This document shows positions 24,973 to 38,104 of a DNA stretch of 64,000 nucleotides, piece by piece. Each line of letters begins with the position of its first letter. Within the stretch, counting starts at the first letter, position 1. The notes beneath the pieces were generated by a model that was not told where the DNA came from, did not search any database, and saw nothing but the letters and a program-made list of their open reading frames with translations. The position numbers and the translations under genes are program-made. This DNA comes from Hypanus sabinus (lineage: Eukaryota): assembly GCF_030144855.1 (NCBI RefSeq), contig NC_082731.1:29450001-29514000 (forward strand), given 5' to 3'.

Positions 24973-26330
24973 ATCCCCTCTCTTGATTACATCTTGTTTT
25001 TTAGAATATTCACACCTCCCATTATCGTGTTTCTTCATTAAAAACAATGAACTTTAACCCTGTGTGCCCAATCCTCCATCTCGATATTAACACCTCTTCT
25101 TTCCACATTCCCCAAGCATTCCAGTTCTTTCTGGATATTATTTTTAAGTTGAAATAAAGTTTGTATTATCCCACATAAAATGTCTGGTCTTGCCACCGAA
25201 TGCAAGTCTTTTAGACTTCTCATTAGATGATATTACAACTCTCAGCAGCCTCACTTCCTTCACCCACTGAAAAGCGAATAGTCCAGCCGTCATTTCACCT
25301 GTATACACTGAGAAATCATGACTTATCCTCACCTGCTTTTTCATGTTAAAATCAAGCACTACAAATCCCACCCTTAATCTACTATTCCTGTCTTAAAGCA
25401 TCTGTGTACATTTGTAAATATCCATAATAACAATTATTTACATAATATTCAGTAATATCTGCATTTAAAATCTTTATTTTTCTGTCTTTTCTTCAATAAT
25501 TTGGGATCCACCTCTGGTGCTTCACAGTCATGGAGACAGCCCAGGAAAAGGCTCTGTATCACTCGCTATTTATTACTAATTCCTGTCCTTCCTGCTTTTC
25601 CTTCAATAGTACATACAAAACTTCTGAATTTCTTTCCTTCCTTTTCCCAGCATGGACCTAAAGCTATTTAGTTGGATGATTTTCTCCAGGTCCTTGTAGG
25701 TTTACCCAATATGTTAACACAAGCTGTTCTTCTCAGTTCCAGAGGTGTCTCTCCCAACTCCACCTGCATTGCCTCCACTGGTGGTGTCCTTATTGCCCCA
25801 CAGATTAACCTTAATGCTTGACTTTGAATGATATCCAGTTTATTGAGCACACAGTGTGATGCTGATCCATATACCATACTTCCATAGTCCAGCATTGATC
25901 TTATTGATCCTACATATATTGTTTTCAAGGATTTCCTGTCAGCTCTCCATTCCTTTCATATCACACACCTCAAAACATTCAGCACTTTCTTACTTTTGAT
26001 TATTTCTTTAATATGTGATGACCATGTGAATCTATTATCAAACTAAATGCCTAAAAATTTTAAAGGTTTCCACATTGTCTAATCCTATTGCACGAAGTTT
26101 CACATCTACCACATCTCTGCCTTCCTTCACACACGGCCGCTACGAGCCCATATTTCTGACATTTATAACACCTGAGTGGTGGTGGAACATAGGCTCTGAC
26201 ACCAAAGCACATGAATCCAATTGTTAGTTTTTCCGATAAGACTGAATACTGAAATATTAACATAACAGAAGTGCTATCGACCTTTACTCCATTCCTCACT
26301 GCTTGCAATACTTTTGGTTCAGTCACACAT
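24973..26330 (-). mobile_element. Nimb/I-clade LINE, internally deleted (ORF1 CCHC, RT C-terminus, RNase H)
   Basis: YVPPPLRCYKCQKYG...RCGRC; IRSMLDYGSMVYGSAS...QSQALRLICGA; SVYTGEMTAGLFAFQW. Confidence 0.8.
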
Positions 26331-27450
26331 CCTTACACATCTGGAGAAGAAGGGTGCTACATGAGAATGATGTTCTTGGAATATCATTCACCATTCAACA
26401 CCATAATTCCCTCCAGGCTTGACAAGAAGCTCAGAGACCTCGGCCTTCACCCTGGCTTGTGCAGCTGGATCCTAGATTTCCTGTCAGAAGGCCGGTAGGT
26501 GGCAAGAGTGGGCTCCCTCACCTCTGCTCCTCAACACAGGTGCTTCTCAGAGCTGTGTCCTAAGCCATGTATACCCAAGACTGTGTCGCCACCAACAGCT
26601 GCAATCTAATTAAATTTGCTGATGATACTGCAGTGATTGGCCTAATCTCAAATAATAATGAGGCAGCCTACAGAGAAGAAGTCATCATCCTGTCATGGTG
26701 GAGATAAGTAAACAGCCTCTCCTTCAATGTTGCAAAAACAAAGGAGCTGGTTGTGGACCACAGGAGGAAGGAGACAGGCTAGCCCCTATTGAAATCAATG
26801 GATCTGGGGTTAAGAGGGTGAACAGCTTTAAGTTCCTTGACATAAACATCACCAAGGAGGTCACGTGGTCAGTACATAATGGCTGAGGTACAACACTGCC
26901 TCTTTCACCTCAGACGGTTGAATTAGTTTGGTATGGGCCCCAAATCCTAAAAACTTTCTACAGGGGAGTAAGTGAGATCATCCTGACTGGCTGCATCACT
27001 GCCTGGTATGGGAACTGTACCTCCCTCAATCGTAGGACTCTGCAGAGAGTGGTGTGGACAGCCTAGCGCATCTGTAGATGTGAACTTCCCACTATTCAGT
27101 TTTTTTACAACTATTTTTTTTACAAATATTCAGTATTTACAAACAGTTGTGTAAAAAAGGCCTGAAGGATCACTGGGGATCCCACCCACCCCAACCACAA
27201 ACTGTTCCAGTTACTACCATCTGGGAAACAGTACTGCAGCATAAAAGCCAGGACCAACAGGATCCGGGACGGCTTCTTGCATCAGAGCATCAGACTGATT
27301 AATACATGCTGACACAGCTGTATTTCTATATTATATTGTTGTACATACTATTTATTATAAATTACTATAAACTGCACATTGCACATTTAGACTGAGACAT
27401 AACGTAATGATTTTTATTCCTCATGTATATGAAACATGTAAGTAATAAAG
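26330..27450 (+). mobile_element. Rex1/Babar-like LINE RT fragment
   Basis: YMRMMFLEYHSPFNTIIPSRL...LCSWILDFLS, KFADDT, VNSFKFL. Confidence 0.85.
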
Positions 27451-29700
27451 TCAATTCAATCCTCCTTTAATATTTTTCTTTAGTTCCAAACAATATTCCC
27501 ATTATCACCTCTTCAACACCATTTTTACCTCTTTTGCCAATATTTGGTACATTCAATGCTTAGTCCCTCTGCTCCAATTTTTCAAACAAACCATCAACAG
27601 TGCTCCATCACGCAGAATCTTCGTCATACTTGTATCTCTTACAATGTTGTTTAGATTGTTTGTCAGTTCTTTTGGACTCAATGCACTTCCTAAACTCTAT
27701 GGCTTAAATTTAAACATTACTTTTATCTCCCAGTCGATCACCTTCCTTCGTTGATCATTGTACTCTTATCATCATGACCATTTTCTCATTTATTTCCACT
27801 TTTGCTGCCTGTCTGCACTTTCTTCCACTGCTCATAGTCTTACCTCCTCCCCTTCCATTCCACCACGACAACCTGCCAACCCGAACCAGTCACATTTCCG
27901 ATATCGCCAAAGCACCACTTTTGCTGGAAGCCCATTCTGAATACCCTGTTGTCAATAGGTTTCAATAAGATTCCCCCCCCCCTCCTTATTCTTCTAAACA
28001 CCAGTGAATACAGGCTCAGAGTCATCAACCACTCCTCATACATTAACCCTTTCATTCCTGGAATCATTCCCCTGAACCTCATCAAAACTCTCTCCAATGT
28101 CAGCACATGTATAGCCTCCAAGTGAAAACTGCCGAGAGGCTCATCAGTGTCTTCCCCCCCACCCACCCGCCCAGATTTCTGACATTTCCTGGGAGTGTTG
28201 CATATACAGGGCCCAAAGCATTGTTGAGGCTCCCTACCACCCAGTCACAATTGCTGTGACCCACTATCATCCGGAAGGAGGTACAGAAGTTTCCGGACTA
28301 TGACTGCCAGACTGGGTAACAGCTTCTTCCCTGGTTGTGAGACTAATGGATATCTTGCCACCACCAAAATCTATCACCAGGACAGCAAGCCGTTTACTGA
28401 GTGGAATGACATTTATAGTTTCCCAGTACTCTAGAACATGCCAGAATGTAGAGGTTCTTGAAAGATCCTTAATAGTGCCTTCACAGTCTCCTCAGCTACC
28501 TCTTTCAGGACCCTCAGGAGAAGTCCATCTTGTCCAGGTGACTTTTCCAACTTCAGACCTTTCAGCTTCCTAAGCACCTTCTCCCCAGTAATAGCAACTG
28601 TTCTCATTTCTGCCCCGACACTCAAACCTCCAGCATACTGCTAGTGGCTTTCACAGTGATGACTGAGGAAACATACTTACTCATTTCCTTTGCCATTTCC
28701 CTGTTCCCTATTACTATCTCTCCAGTGTCATTTTCCAGTGGTCCAGAAACTACTCTCGCCTCTCTTTTTCTCGTTAGATCTGAAAAAATTTTTTTCTGTT
28801 CTCTTTGATAGCTAACTTACCTTAATATTTCATCTCTTCTTTTGGTTTCTAAATGCTTCCAAATCCTCTAACTTCCCATTAATTTTAGATCTATTATATG
28901 CCCTATTTATTGCTTTTATGTTGACTTCGACTTCAAAGAAAGATGTGTATGAGAGGACTTGGGTAGATCAGGAGGAGAGAGAAAAGGGGACAGTGGTGGA
29001 GAGGTTTACCACAAATTACTGAATTAACTATTCATGTCATTGGACTGTAGATAACCAAACTGGAATATGAGGTTCTGCCCTCACGCTTGTGTTTGGCCTC
29101 ACCATGACAGTGAATGATGTGAAAGCCAAACAGGTTGATGTGACAATGGGAAGTGGAATTAAAATGGCTTCCAAGTGGGAGCTGTCGATGGTCATGGTCC
29201 CTGGAGTGCAGATGTTTGTTAAAGCAATTCCCCAGTCAGCACTTGGGTCACCTTGAGAGCAGTGAATGCAATATTCAACAATGGATGAGATGCACGGAAA
29301 TCTGAGCCTCACTGGAAAGACTGTTTAGGAGATTGGATGGTGGTGAGGAGACAAGGGGACTGGTATTACACCATTGCGACTGCAGGGGAAAATCTGGCCT
29401 ATTTTCCAATTTTCGTACTAACCAGCACGTGGCAACATGAGTATTCCAGTGATCATAACCCTCGAGGACCTGTGCTTTAATTTCATACCTGACTCCCTAT
29501 TTGCATTTTGCAGGATATCAGCCATTGTCCCAACATATACCTGTTGGTGAGGGGAATGGCCACAGAGGACCCCTGTACTGACTGTCTTCTCCCCTTACTT
29601 CCCCATCTATGTGGTGTGTACTTCAGGTCTGACCACCTCTGTAAATGTCTCACTTTAGGAAGCCCCCAGCTTCCCAGATGATCCTGAATACTTGCAGATC
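27450..29700 (-). mobile_element. Mixed CR1 and Penelope fragments
   Basis: LRKLKGLKLEKSPGQDGLLLRVLKEVA (CR1). GIY-YIG-region remnants at ~29000-29400. Confidence 0.6.
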
Positions 29701-30085
29701 CAGCCTCTATTTATTGTCTAACCACCCAGCATAAAATCTGAGCTCCGTCAATAGTCTGTGTATTCAGACTCCACACTGGTCCACCTGTCTTATAACGACC
29801 TCTCCTACCTCCACCCACCAAGTGTCCATACATCGAACAATCTTCCAACACTACAGCACTGTCCTTCCACTGTCTGGTCCTAGACACCAGGAAATGAATG
29901 TTTCCCGAACTTGCCTCTCTCCTTACCCTGCAATGCGTTGCCCCGTCAGCTTTATGCACCCCTCCGGCGAGGGGCTTCTTCAGTCACCAACGATGAGCGA
30001 CCGGACACGACAACTCAGCGCTGGCGTCTCCTGTCTCCCGCCGCTGCCGTTGGAGGGATTCGCGCTCTCGGCTCCTCTTCACATG

Positions 30086-30777
30086 AACCAGACTTACCGG
30101 ATCCTCACGATCCCACGACTGAACTTCACTTCACGACTTCTGTCAACAGCGGGGAAAATCATCCCGGTTGCTATGGGAGAACCCTCAACCAATCGGACCC
30201 TCGCGTTCTCCCGCGCTTTAACCATTTGCCGCGACCTCACTTCCGCCCAGCTCCCGCGGACACCGGAAGACTGAATCTTCAATCGGCGGTTAAAGCCGCG
30301 GTAACCGGAACAGGCCATACGTCACCTCCAGGCCGATCCTCCAATCAGAGCTTGCCGCTACCCGCGCTCCCAACCCGACTCTCTTCTCGAATCTTCCGTC
30401 TTCTTTTGCCGGCTCCAGTCACCCCGCCCTCCAGTGAGAATCTCGACCAACGACGCTCGCTTTCAATAATCACTCCCACGTGGGCCGATCATCCAATCAC
30501 TGCTTGAGGATCGATTCGGCCGTTGGGTTTCGAACACGGTCACGTTCCCGGCCGTTGATGAGACCGGTCGGTGCTGACACCAGAGACCGTGTTACTGGGG
30601 GGATTCTCACTCACAGTGTTGTTGCTGCTGACAGGACAGGCAGTGTCAGCAGACGTGATAGTCACAACTTTTCCAGTTGTTTTCCCCATAACGATTGGGA
30701 TAATTCTTCACTGCTGTTGACAGAAGTCGTGAAGTGAAGTTCAGTGGTGGGAACGTGAGGATCCGGTAAGTCTGGTT
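30086..30777. repeat. Inverted repeat pair (65-bp cores with 2 mismatches; weaker similarity to ~95 bp) around a CpG-rich spacer
   Basis: 30086-30150 versus the reverse complement of 30713-30777. Confidence 0.9.
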
Positions 30778-31869
30778 GTCCCGATGTTGTTTCAGTCTCG
30801 AATGAAGAAGGTTGGACGTTGATGTTGCCAGCCCGTGCGGGGTTCAGGCGAAAGTCAGCTGAAGGAACATGTGCACATTCTGGAAGGATCCTCAGGAAGG
30901 AGAACCTCTTCTATTTCGGTTGGTTTGGCTGTGAAAATGAGCTGGATGTCTCTACCAAAGGCTGTTTGGAAAAAGTGACAGTCTCATGGCCGTGCGCCCG
31001 ATTGTGAGATGGAGCCAGCATGTTTCTGACATCTGATAGGTATCATTGTCTTTGGGGGCAGGAACATTAAGGGTGTTGAAATGATAGGAGGTGATAGCAG
31101 CTGGACAGGTGGCTTAATCACAGAGAATCACTGATAGAATAGTGTGGAAGAAAGTGCAGTCACCTATTAAATCTGAGATAGCTGTAATCAAGAGCAAACT
31201 CGCATATCTCCCGTCATTCTACAGTTTGTTTACCTTTCAATTGTCTATTTGAATATCACGATTGGATGACCTCCGCTCTACCAGGCACACCAGTGATTTC
31301 CAGACACAAGCCTCTCACTGCATAAATCATTCCTTCCTCATGTGACTCTGATCCTTTTGTCAACCCCACTCATTCTACACCCTCTACATTCACCGATGGC
31401 AACAATTTCTCTCTTTGAATTGGATTGACTTTATTACATCCTTGATTATACATGAGTAAAAATCTTTACATTACTTCTCCATCTAAATGTGCAATTTATA
31501 GTAATTTGTAATAAATAATATGTACAACAGGATTGTCAATATAACATAGAAATACAGTTGTGTCAGCATGAATTAATCAGCCTGATGGCCTGGTGGAAGA
31601 AGCTGTCCCGGAGCCTGTTGGTTGGTCCTGGCTTTTATGCTGCAGTATGATTTCCTGGATGGTAGCAGCTGGAACAGTTTGTGGTTGGGGAGACTCAGGT
31701 CCCCAATGATCCTTTGGGCCTTTTATTACACACCTGTCTTTGTAAATGTCCTGAACAGTGGGAAGTTCACATCTACAGATTCACGAGGCTGCAGAGTCCT
31801 GCGATTGAGGGAGGTACAGCTCCCACGCCAGGCAGTGATGCAGCCAGTCAGGATGCTCTCAGTTTTATA

Positions 31870-34250
31870 TATGAATAGATTTGATTGCTTCCTTCCCTCT
31901 TACATCCTGATTATTTGGGCTGTAAATGGATTACTAACAAATGAGATGATGTCATCAGCAGGTTACTTGTACATTTTAGCTGTTCTTGCTGTGGAGATGA
32001 TGTGAATACTGTATACTGTGTCATGAGTATAATTCTCACATCTGTGTGTCTGTCAGTGATGCAGAAATAATGTTAATGCTCAAGATTGTTGTCAGTGAAA
32101 TGATACTTGCACACCCAGACTGTTAGTTGGTTCAGGGTGGGGCTCACATCATCGTTGGTCTATAAACTGGATGAAATGACAATGTAGGAGCTGGCATCTC
32201 TTTCCAAGTGCAGATGGTGCATGTCATACAGACAGGAGCATTCCCAATGGCCTGAGTACAGTTGTCCTCCATTGTGCTGGAGATTGCAGTGTGGGAGTTG
32301 CTGTGACAGGGACATACTCCCTGTACACCCATAACTGTGTGGTCAGGTACAACTCCGTTAATGAGTTGGTGCTGTACCGGGCCACACAGTTACGGGTGAA
32401 CAGGGAGTATGTCCGTGACAAGTAGGTGTACCTCAGGGGTGGATTTCTTGTTTGTCATCTGCATCAAAGATTTGGATATGAATGTAGAAACCATGGTTAG
32501 TACATTCACAGATGACATTGAAACAAGTGGGAATGTGAAGGTTATCAAACGTTATGAGCGTATGTTGATTCGCTGAGTAAATGAGCAGAGGAGTGGCAAC
32601 TGGATTTTAACTCAGGTGTGAGGTGTTTCATTTTGTAAAGTCAAACCAAGGTGGGACTTTCACAGTAAATAGTGGGGACCTGGACAGTGTTGTGGAACAG
32701 AGGGACCTTGGATTGAAAGGACATGGTTCACTGAAAGTGGAATCGGAAGTAGATCGGATGGTGAATGCTGCCCTTCATTAGACAGATCATTGAGTGTGGA
32801 TGTTGGGAGGTCACAGTGCAGTTCTACAAGGCATCTGTGAGGCTGCACTTAGAGAATTGTGTTCATTTTCAATCAGCAAGCTGCAGCAAAGATGCCATTA
32901 AACTGAATGAGTGCAGAAAGATTCATAAGGATTTTGCCTGGACTCCAGAGACTGTGTTATGGGGAGAGGTTGGACAGGCTAAGGCTATATTGCTTGGAGT
33001 GCAGGAGACTCAGAGGAACTTTTATAAAGATGCATAAAATCACGAGGGGCACAACTGTGGTACCAAAGATTGGGGAATCAAGAACTAGAGGGCATAGGCT
33101 TCAGTTGAGAGGGGAAAGATTTAATAGAAACTAAAAGGATTTTTTTAAACAGAAATTATGAAAATATGGAATATGCTACCAGAGGAAGTGGTTGTGTTAA
33201 GTAAATAACAACTTTTCAACAGCACTTAAACACATGGAGAGGAACATTTTGGAAGATTATGGACCAAACTCTTGGAAATGGGACTAGCTTCGATTGTCTT
33301 CTTGGATGGCACGGATAACTTGTGCTATATGCCTGAAGGATTCTATCAATCTACACTAAGTGCAAATTACATTGGCCAAATTAATTTTTTGGTGTGGGGG
33401 TAATTACAATGAAATGTGATATTTCCTGAAGAGTTCCTGTCATCTCAGGACCTCCTGGCACAATGGACTTCTCCTGTGTACTGGTTCACCCGAACCCTCC
33501 AGCAACCCTTCTCTGTCTGTCTGTAACACTGACACCCAGTGGCTCGAGGGTGCTATTGCAGTAGCCAGTTTGATTCCTTATTTCAGAGGAGTTGCTCTGA
33601 CCCCCAGTGGTTGCAGGTTGTCACTGCAAGATACCAAATGCTTTCCATCAAGTCAACTTCAATCCAGACACAAGAGACTGCAGATACTGGAATCCAGAGC
33701 AACACACAATCTTCTGGAGAAACACAGTGATTTCAGTAGTACTGATGGCTGGAAAGAAACTGCTGAATCCCTGCATCAGGTCAGTTCAAATTAGCATCTG
33801 GGCTATCACAGGCAGAATGTAATCATCACCAAAGCAAAATAAAACCTGCTCAGGTACGTTGCAGAGAAAAAATACTCTTGAAAACACCAGACAGACAATA
33901 TCCACAGTGCATCAGTGGTGGAGGGAATGAAGTGGAGTGTAGCTGGGCAGACCATATACATCATCAAGAGTGCCAACTCATGAGATGCCAATGATCATGT
34001 CGACACTGCAGTAAAATAGCAAAAGCAGCAAAAAAGCTTGCTAAAGATCAGTCCCATGAGCAAGAGTTCAGATCAAATCCATATTGAAACTTCTGTTAAA
34101 AGCACGGGGTTGCTGCTGGCTGACTTTGTCCAATTATTTATCATTGAAGGCTTTTCATTGACACAAATGAGGCACTGTAATCCTCAATGAAGAACAGGGG
34201 CTGATTCAAAGGACAGTTTCAGATTGGAAAGTGGGAGAGCAGGAGGCAGT
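31870..34250 (-). repeat. Inverted segmental-duplication copy of ~45078-48640
   Basis: 31870-32310 matches revcomp 48195-48640. 33300-34250 matches revcomp 45078-46020. A CR1 fragment sits in the corresponding position and orientation. Confidence 0.85.
32310..32414. repeat. Imperfect palindrome (~43-bp arms) built from a Rex1 RT fragment
   Basis: GGACATACTCCCTGTACACCCATAACTGTGTGG...CCACACAGTTACGGGTGAACAGGGAGTATGTCC. Confidence 0.9.
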
Positions 34251-36564
34251 GTTGTGTGAAGAACAAATGTTATGAGGACATGGCCACAATCACTATGAGG
34301 AGACGTTGCGGGTGGATTCAAGGTGTGATGAGGCCAACTCCGTCATCAAGACTTAATTGGATCCCTGAAGAGTGGAAAACAGAGACAATGAGGCACCGTA
34401 TCACAGAGGCAGAAATGAGAACCCTGAACCACACCTGGGGCACAATGGAGAAGATGGCCGAGTACAGACAGAGATGGAGGAACTTCATTACGGCTCCAAA
34501 CATCAGCAGCACAACGGGCAGTAAGTAAATGAACTTCAGTCCAAATTGTCATCTGAGTTACAACACGCAGGATGAAATTGTCACTGAGGGAAACTAACTG
34601 CATATGTTGCAAATCAGAGACCAAACTCATGAAAATAGATGACAGGCAGTACCTATGGAGAGAGAACCAAAGCAATATCTCAGGTCAAAACATTTCTCCA
34701 GGCCTGAAGAAGTTAGAGATTTAATAAAGGTCAAACTAAATTTATTATCAGACTACATGTATGTCACCATATCAAACTAAATCAAGTTTAATTATTATTC
34801 AACCATACACGGATACAGCTGAATGAGACAGTGTTCCTCTGGGGCCAAAGTGCAAAACATAAGCACATTCAAAATAGTGAGAAAGAAAAAAAAATCATGC
34901 AAGAAAACGCATTTTGAGTTCAAGACCCTGAGCAAAAATTCCTGCAAATTGTTGATTCCCGGTAACCCAACCTGTCATTCCACTGATCGAACACTGAAAG
35001 GAGAGACTGGCTTCAACTGAGCATGGATGCCACGCTACACCAACCACCCTTATCTGGACTGCAGCAGCAGGCAAGCCTGCATCTTGAGTACTATTCCTCG
35101 CTAAAACTGAAGCTACACTGCTACTTTCCTGTCCGTCTCACCACCAAACAAGGGAAACAGGCTGGAGGCAACCAATGTTTAACAGGCTCTTACAATCACA
35201 AGAGAAACATTCGAGACAGTCACTCATGCTTTCACTGCACGCTGCCTTTGTGCCCCAGTGTCTTTGAGTAGCAGGCAACAGCACAGTCTGCATCCAGGTC
35301 AGCTCCACTGAACCTAATCCAGCTCCTCCGATCCACTGGCCTGCTCCTTCTCCCACCCACCGACCGGACTCTCCTTCCCCAAACTACTGGTCGGTTCCTA
35401 TGGCACCCTGGCTGGCTACTCTGAAAAACAAGCAGCTCCCGAGTGTGATAGACCTGCTGTACCCATAGTTTATGGAGTCCAGTATAATCATATACAATCC
35501 TGAGATTCATTTTCATGCAGACATACTTAATAAATCTATACTATAATAGCCATAATAGAATAAATGAAAGACTGTACCAACTTGGGCATTCAACCAGTGT
35601 GCAAAAGCCAACACACTGTGCAAATACAAAAAGAAAGAAGTAACAATAATAAACAACCAGTAAATATCGAGAACATGAGATGAAGAGTCCTTGAAAGTGA
35701 GTCCATAGGTTGCGGGAACATTCAATGATGGGGCAAGAGGTTGAGTGAATTTATCCCCTGGTTGAGGGGTAATAACTGCTCCTGAACCTGACGGTGTGAG
35801 TCCTGAGGCTTCTGTATGTTCTTCCTGATGGAAGCAGTGAGAAGAGAGCATGTCCTGGATGGTGGGAGCTTTCCTGTGACAACATTTCATGCAGATGAAT
35901 TCATTTGTGGGGAGACTTCACCCGTCATGGTTTGGACTGTATCCACTACTGTTTGTAGGATTTTCCATTCAAGGACGTTGGTGTTTCCATACCAGGCTGT
36001 GATGCAGCCAGTCTGTGTGGATTTAATAGTTGAAAACTAAATACAGCAGCAGAAAGAAATCCATCTCACTCTGATCTCCACTCTCCATGGAGAAGAAAAG
36101 ACAATGTGAATAAATTCATACTGACGCTGTTGCTCCAATTCCCTGAACAAAATCTGCTTAGCAGAAATAAACAATTCTCCAGAGAAACTGATTACATTCT
36201 ATGTTTCTGTGATAAAGTTTATTGATGCATCAAGTAAACAATGAACTTGGAAATGCTTTTCCACACCAGACCTTTTTAATGTCTCTCCGCAGTCCTTTAC
36301 ATAATTTGGACGGGGTCACCTCCTGTGATTGTTTTCCAAAGCAACACTTACAATTGATTTCCTTCTCTGGCCCTGTAAAGATGGAGTCATAGATACAACA
36401 ATGGAAAAAGTCCCTTCAGCCCAGAGTCCACACCAACCATCAACTACACGGTTACATTAATCCAACATTAATGACATTATTTAAATTCTCCTTACAGTCT
36501 CATCAATGTACACCTCAGGATCACCAACCCCTCCCCCCACTTTTCTACCTTCAAAACACTTCAC

Positions 36565-36705
36565 CTGTACACCGAGGGTGATTTGCACCGTCAGACAACT
36601 GACCAACCAGCACATCTTCGGGACATTGCAGGACCCCAGAGCACACTGGGAAATCATGAGCAATCACAGGGTCAATGTGCAAACTCCATATAGACAGCAC
36701 CTTCT
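36565..36705 (-). mobile_element. tRNA-derived SINE fragment (HE1-like)
   Basis: The minus strand reads GTCTATATGGAGTTTGCACATTGACCCTGTG...GATGTGCTGGTTGGTCAG, resembling the elasmobranch SINE core as recalled. Confidence 0.55.
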
Positions 36706-38104
36706 TGTTTTGAGGACCAAGCAGGAAATCCATCAGAAAAGACAGCCTTTGACACTATTTCTACGTGACAGTATTACCATACTGTTATAGAAATTCTTGG
36801 GTCTATTCTTTTAGTCTAACACACCATGAACTGCAGTGTCTCCATCCTGTGATCAGAGACAATTTAGAGATGAATAAAGAAATTGTTTGTTTTGGTGGTG
36901 ATGGCAACATCTGGTGCAGGATGAAACTTTTAAAAGTCATTGGATCCTGGTAGTTATTCATGGCCACTGGCTCTCCATGCAATTCCTTTGAATTTTGCTG
37001 CAGTAGAGTTGATCCCAAGGATGACACAGAAATTCCTCAATCCACAACCAATGTGACTCCAACCTCAGCCAGTGAGCTACTGAACACAGACTCGGCTTCT
37101 GTGTTTTCAGGTTCAGCATCACTGAAATGTATGAATGGTCTTGCAACAACCATTCCCGAAAACAACTTGCCAGAGGATAGCCAACCCAAAACCTGGTCAA
37201 AGAGATGTTTTATTCATTCATCGTACCCTATCAATCACTGATTGCTCTGGAACTGAGGGACTTGCTGGCTCATTCCTGATGGTGATTCAGGTTCAGCCGT
37301 GTTGCTGCAGGTCTGGAGTCACAGACCAGATATGGATGATTGATCTCTTCCCCTGTGGAACAACAGCAAACTGCATGGGTTTTATAACAGGACAAATCCT
37401 TTATTAATCCCCAAACCATTGATTATTGGAATTTAAACTACCATCTGCTCCTTGGGATTGAAACACATAAAACCAGATCATCAGTCGCTAACTGAAGTAT
37501 ACACTCTGACCGTGGCTGCTCCCTTCAAGAGAGACAGAGGCTTCAATGTTCGTAAGCAGGAATGCTAAAACCACAGGCACCAGCAGAAGTAGTGCAGGTG
37601 TATGAGGGAGTAGAGTTGAAAGAATATGATGTTTTCTGAAGTTTGTGTGGGTTGTTAAGGTTGCAGAGATGGGGAGAGACACAGCCACAGTAAGACTGGA
37701 ATGTCAGGATGTGAATTTATTAAACTGAGTGAATCCCAGGCTCAGCCCAGATGGAGAAAGGGTTTCTCATTGATTCACAGTGTTCATTGTTACTGATCAA
37801 TGGCACTGAGTCTCCAAGCAAAGAATATACTGAGCTGTGTCTCTGCTGAGAAATCTGCATGCTTCTCTGTCTCACAGCGAACCAATTGGTACAGTTATTA
37901 GACAGGGATTCTAAAGCTAGTTAGCGCACCCTTTGCTCTGATTTTCTTTTCCTAATCAAAACATATGTGATTCAGCCCTGGGTGTTGCTATTATTCTGTT
38001 TGGATTAAATTCAGCCGTCATGTACTGATGATCTGTCTTGACCTAACACAACCAATAGAAATATCTCTAGTAAGATTCTGAGCATTTCCATTTCTACTCC
38101 ACAG

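Noticed and set aside
33723-33761. CACAGTG + 23 bp + AAAGAAACT as a recombination signal
   Set aside because: The nonamer matches only 6 of 9, it lies in a SINE/pLTR-like remnant, and there is no adjacent V, D or J coding segment. Other CACAGTG/CACTGTG hits lack nonamers.
33431-33794. Frame TSWHNGLLLC...LTPSGCRLSLQ open in several copies of duplicated block B
   Set aside because: Codon comparison with the divergent copy at 44.4-44.6 kb shows mostly non-synonymous changes overall, another copy has a stop, and no domain was recognised.
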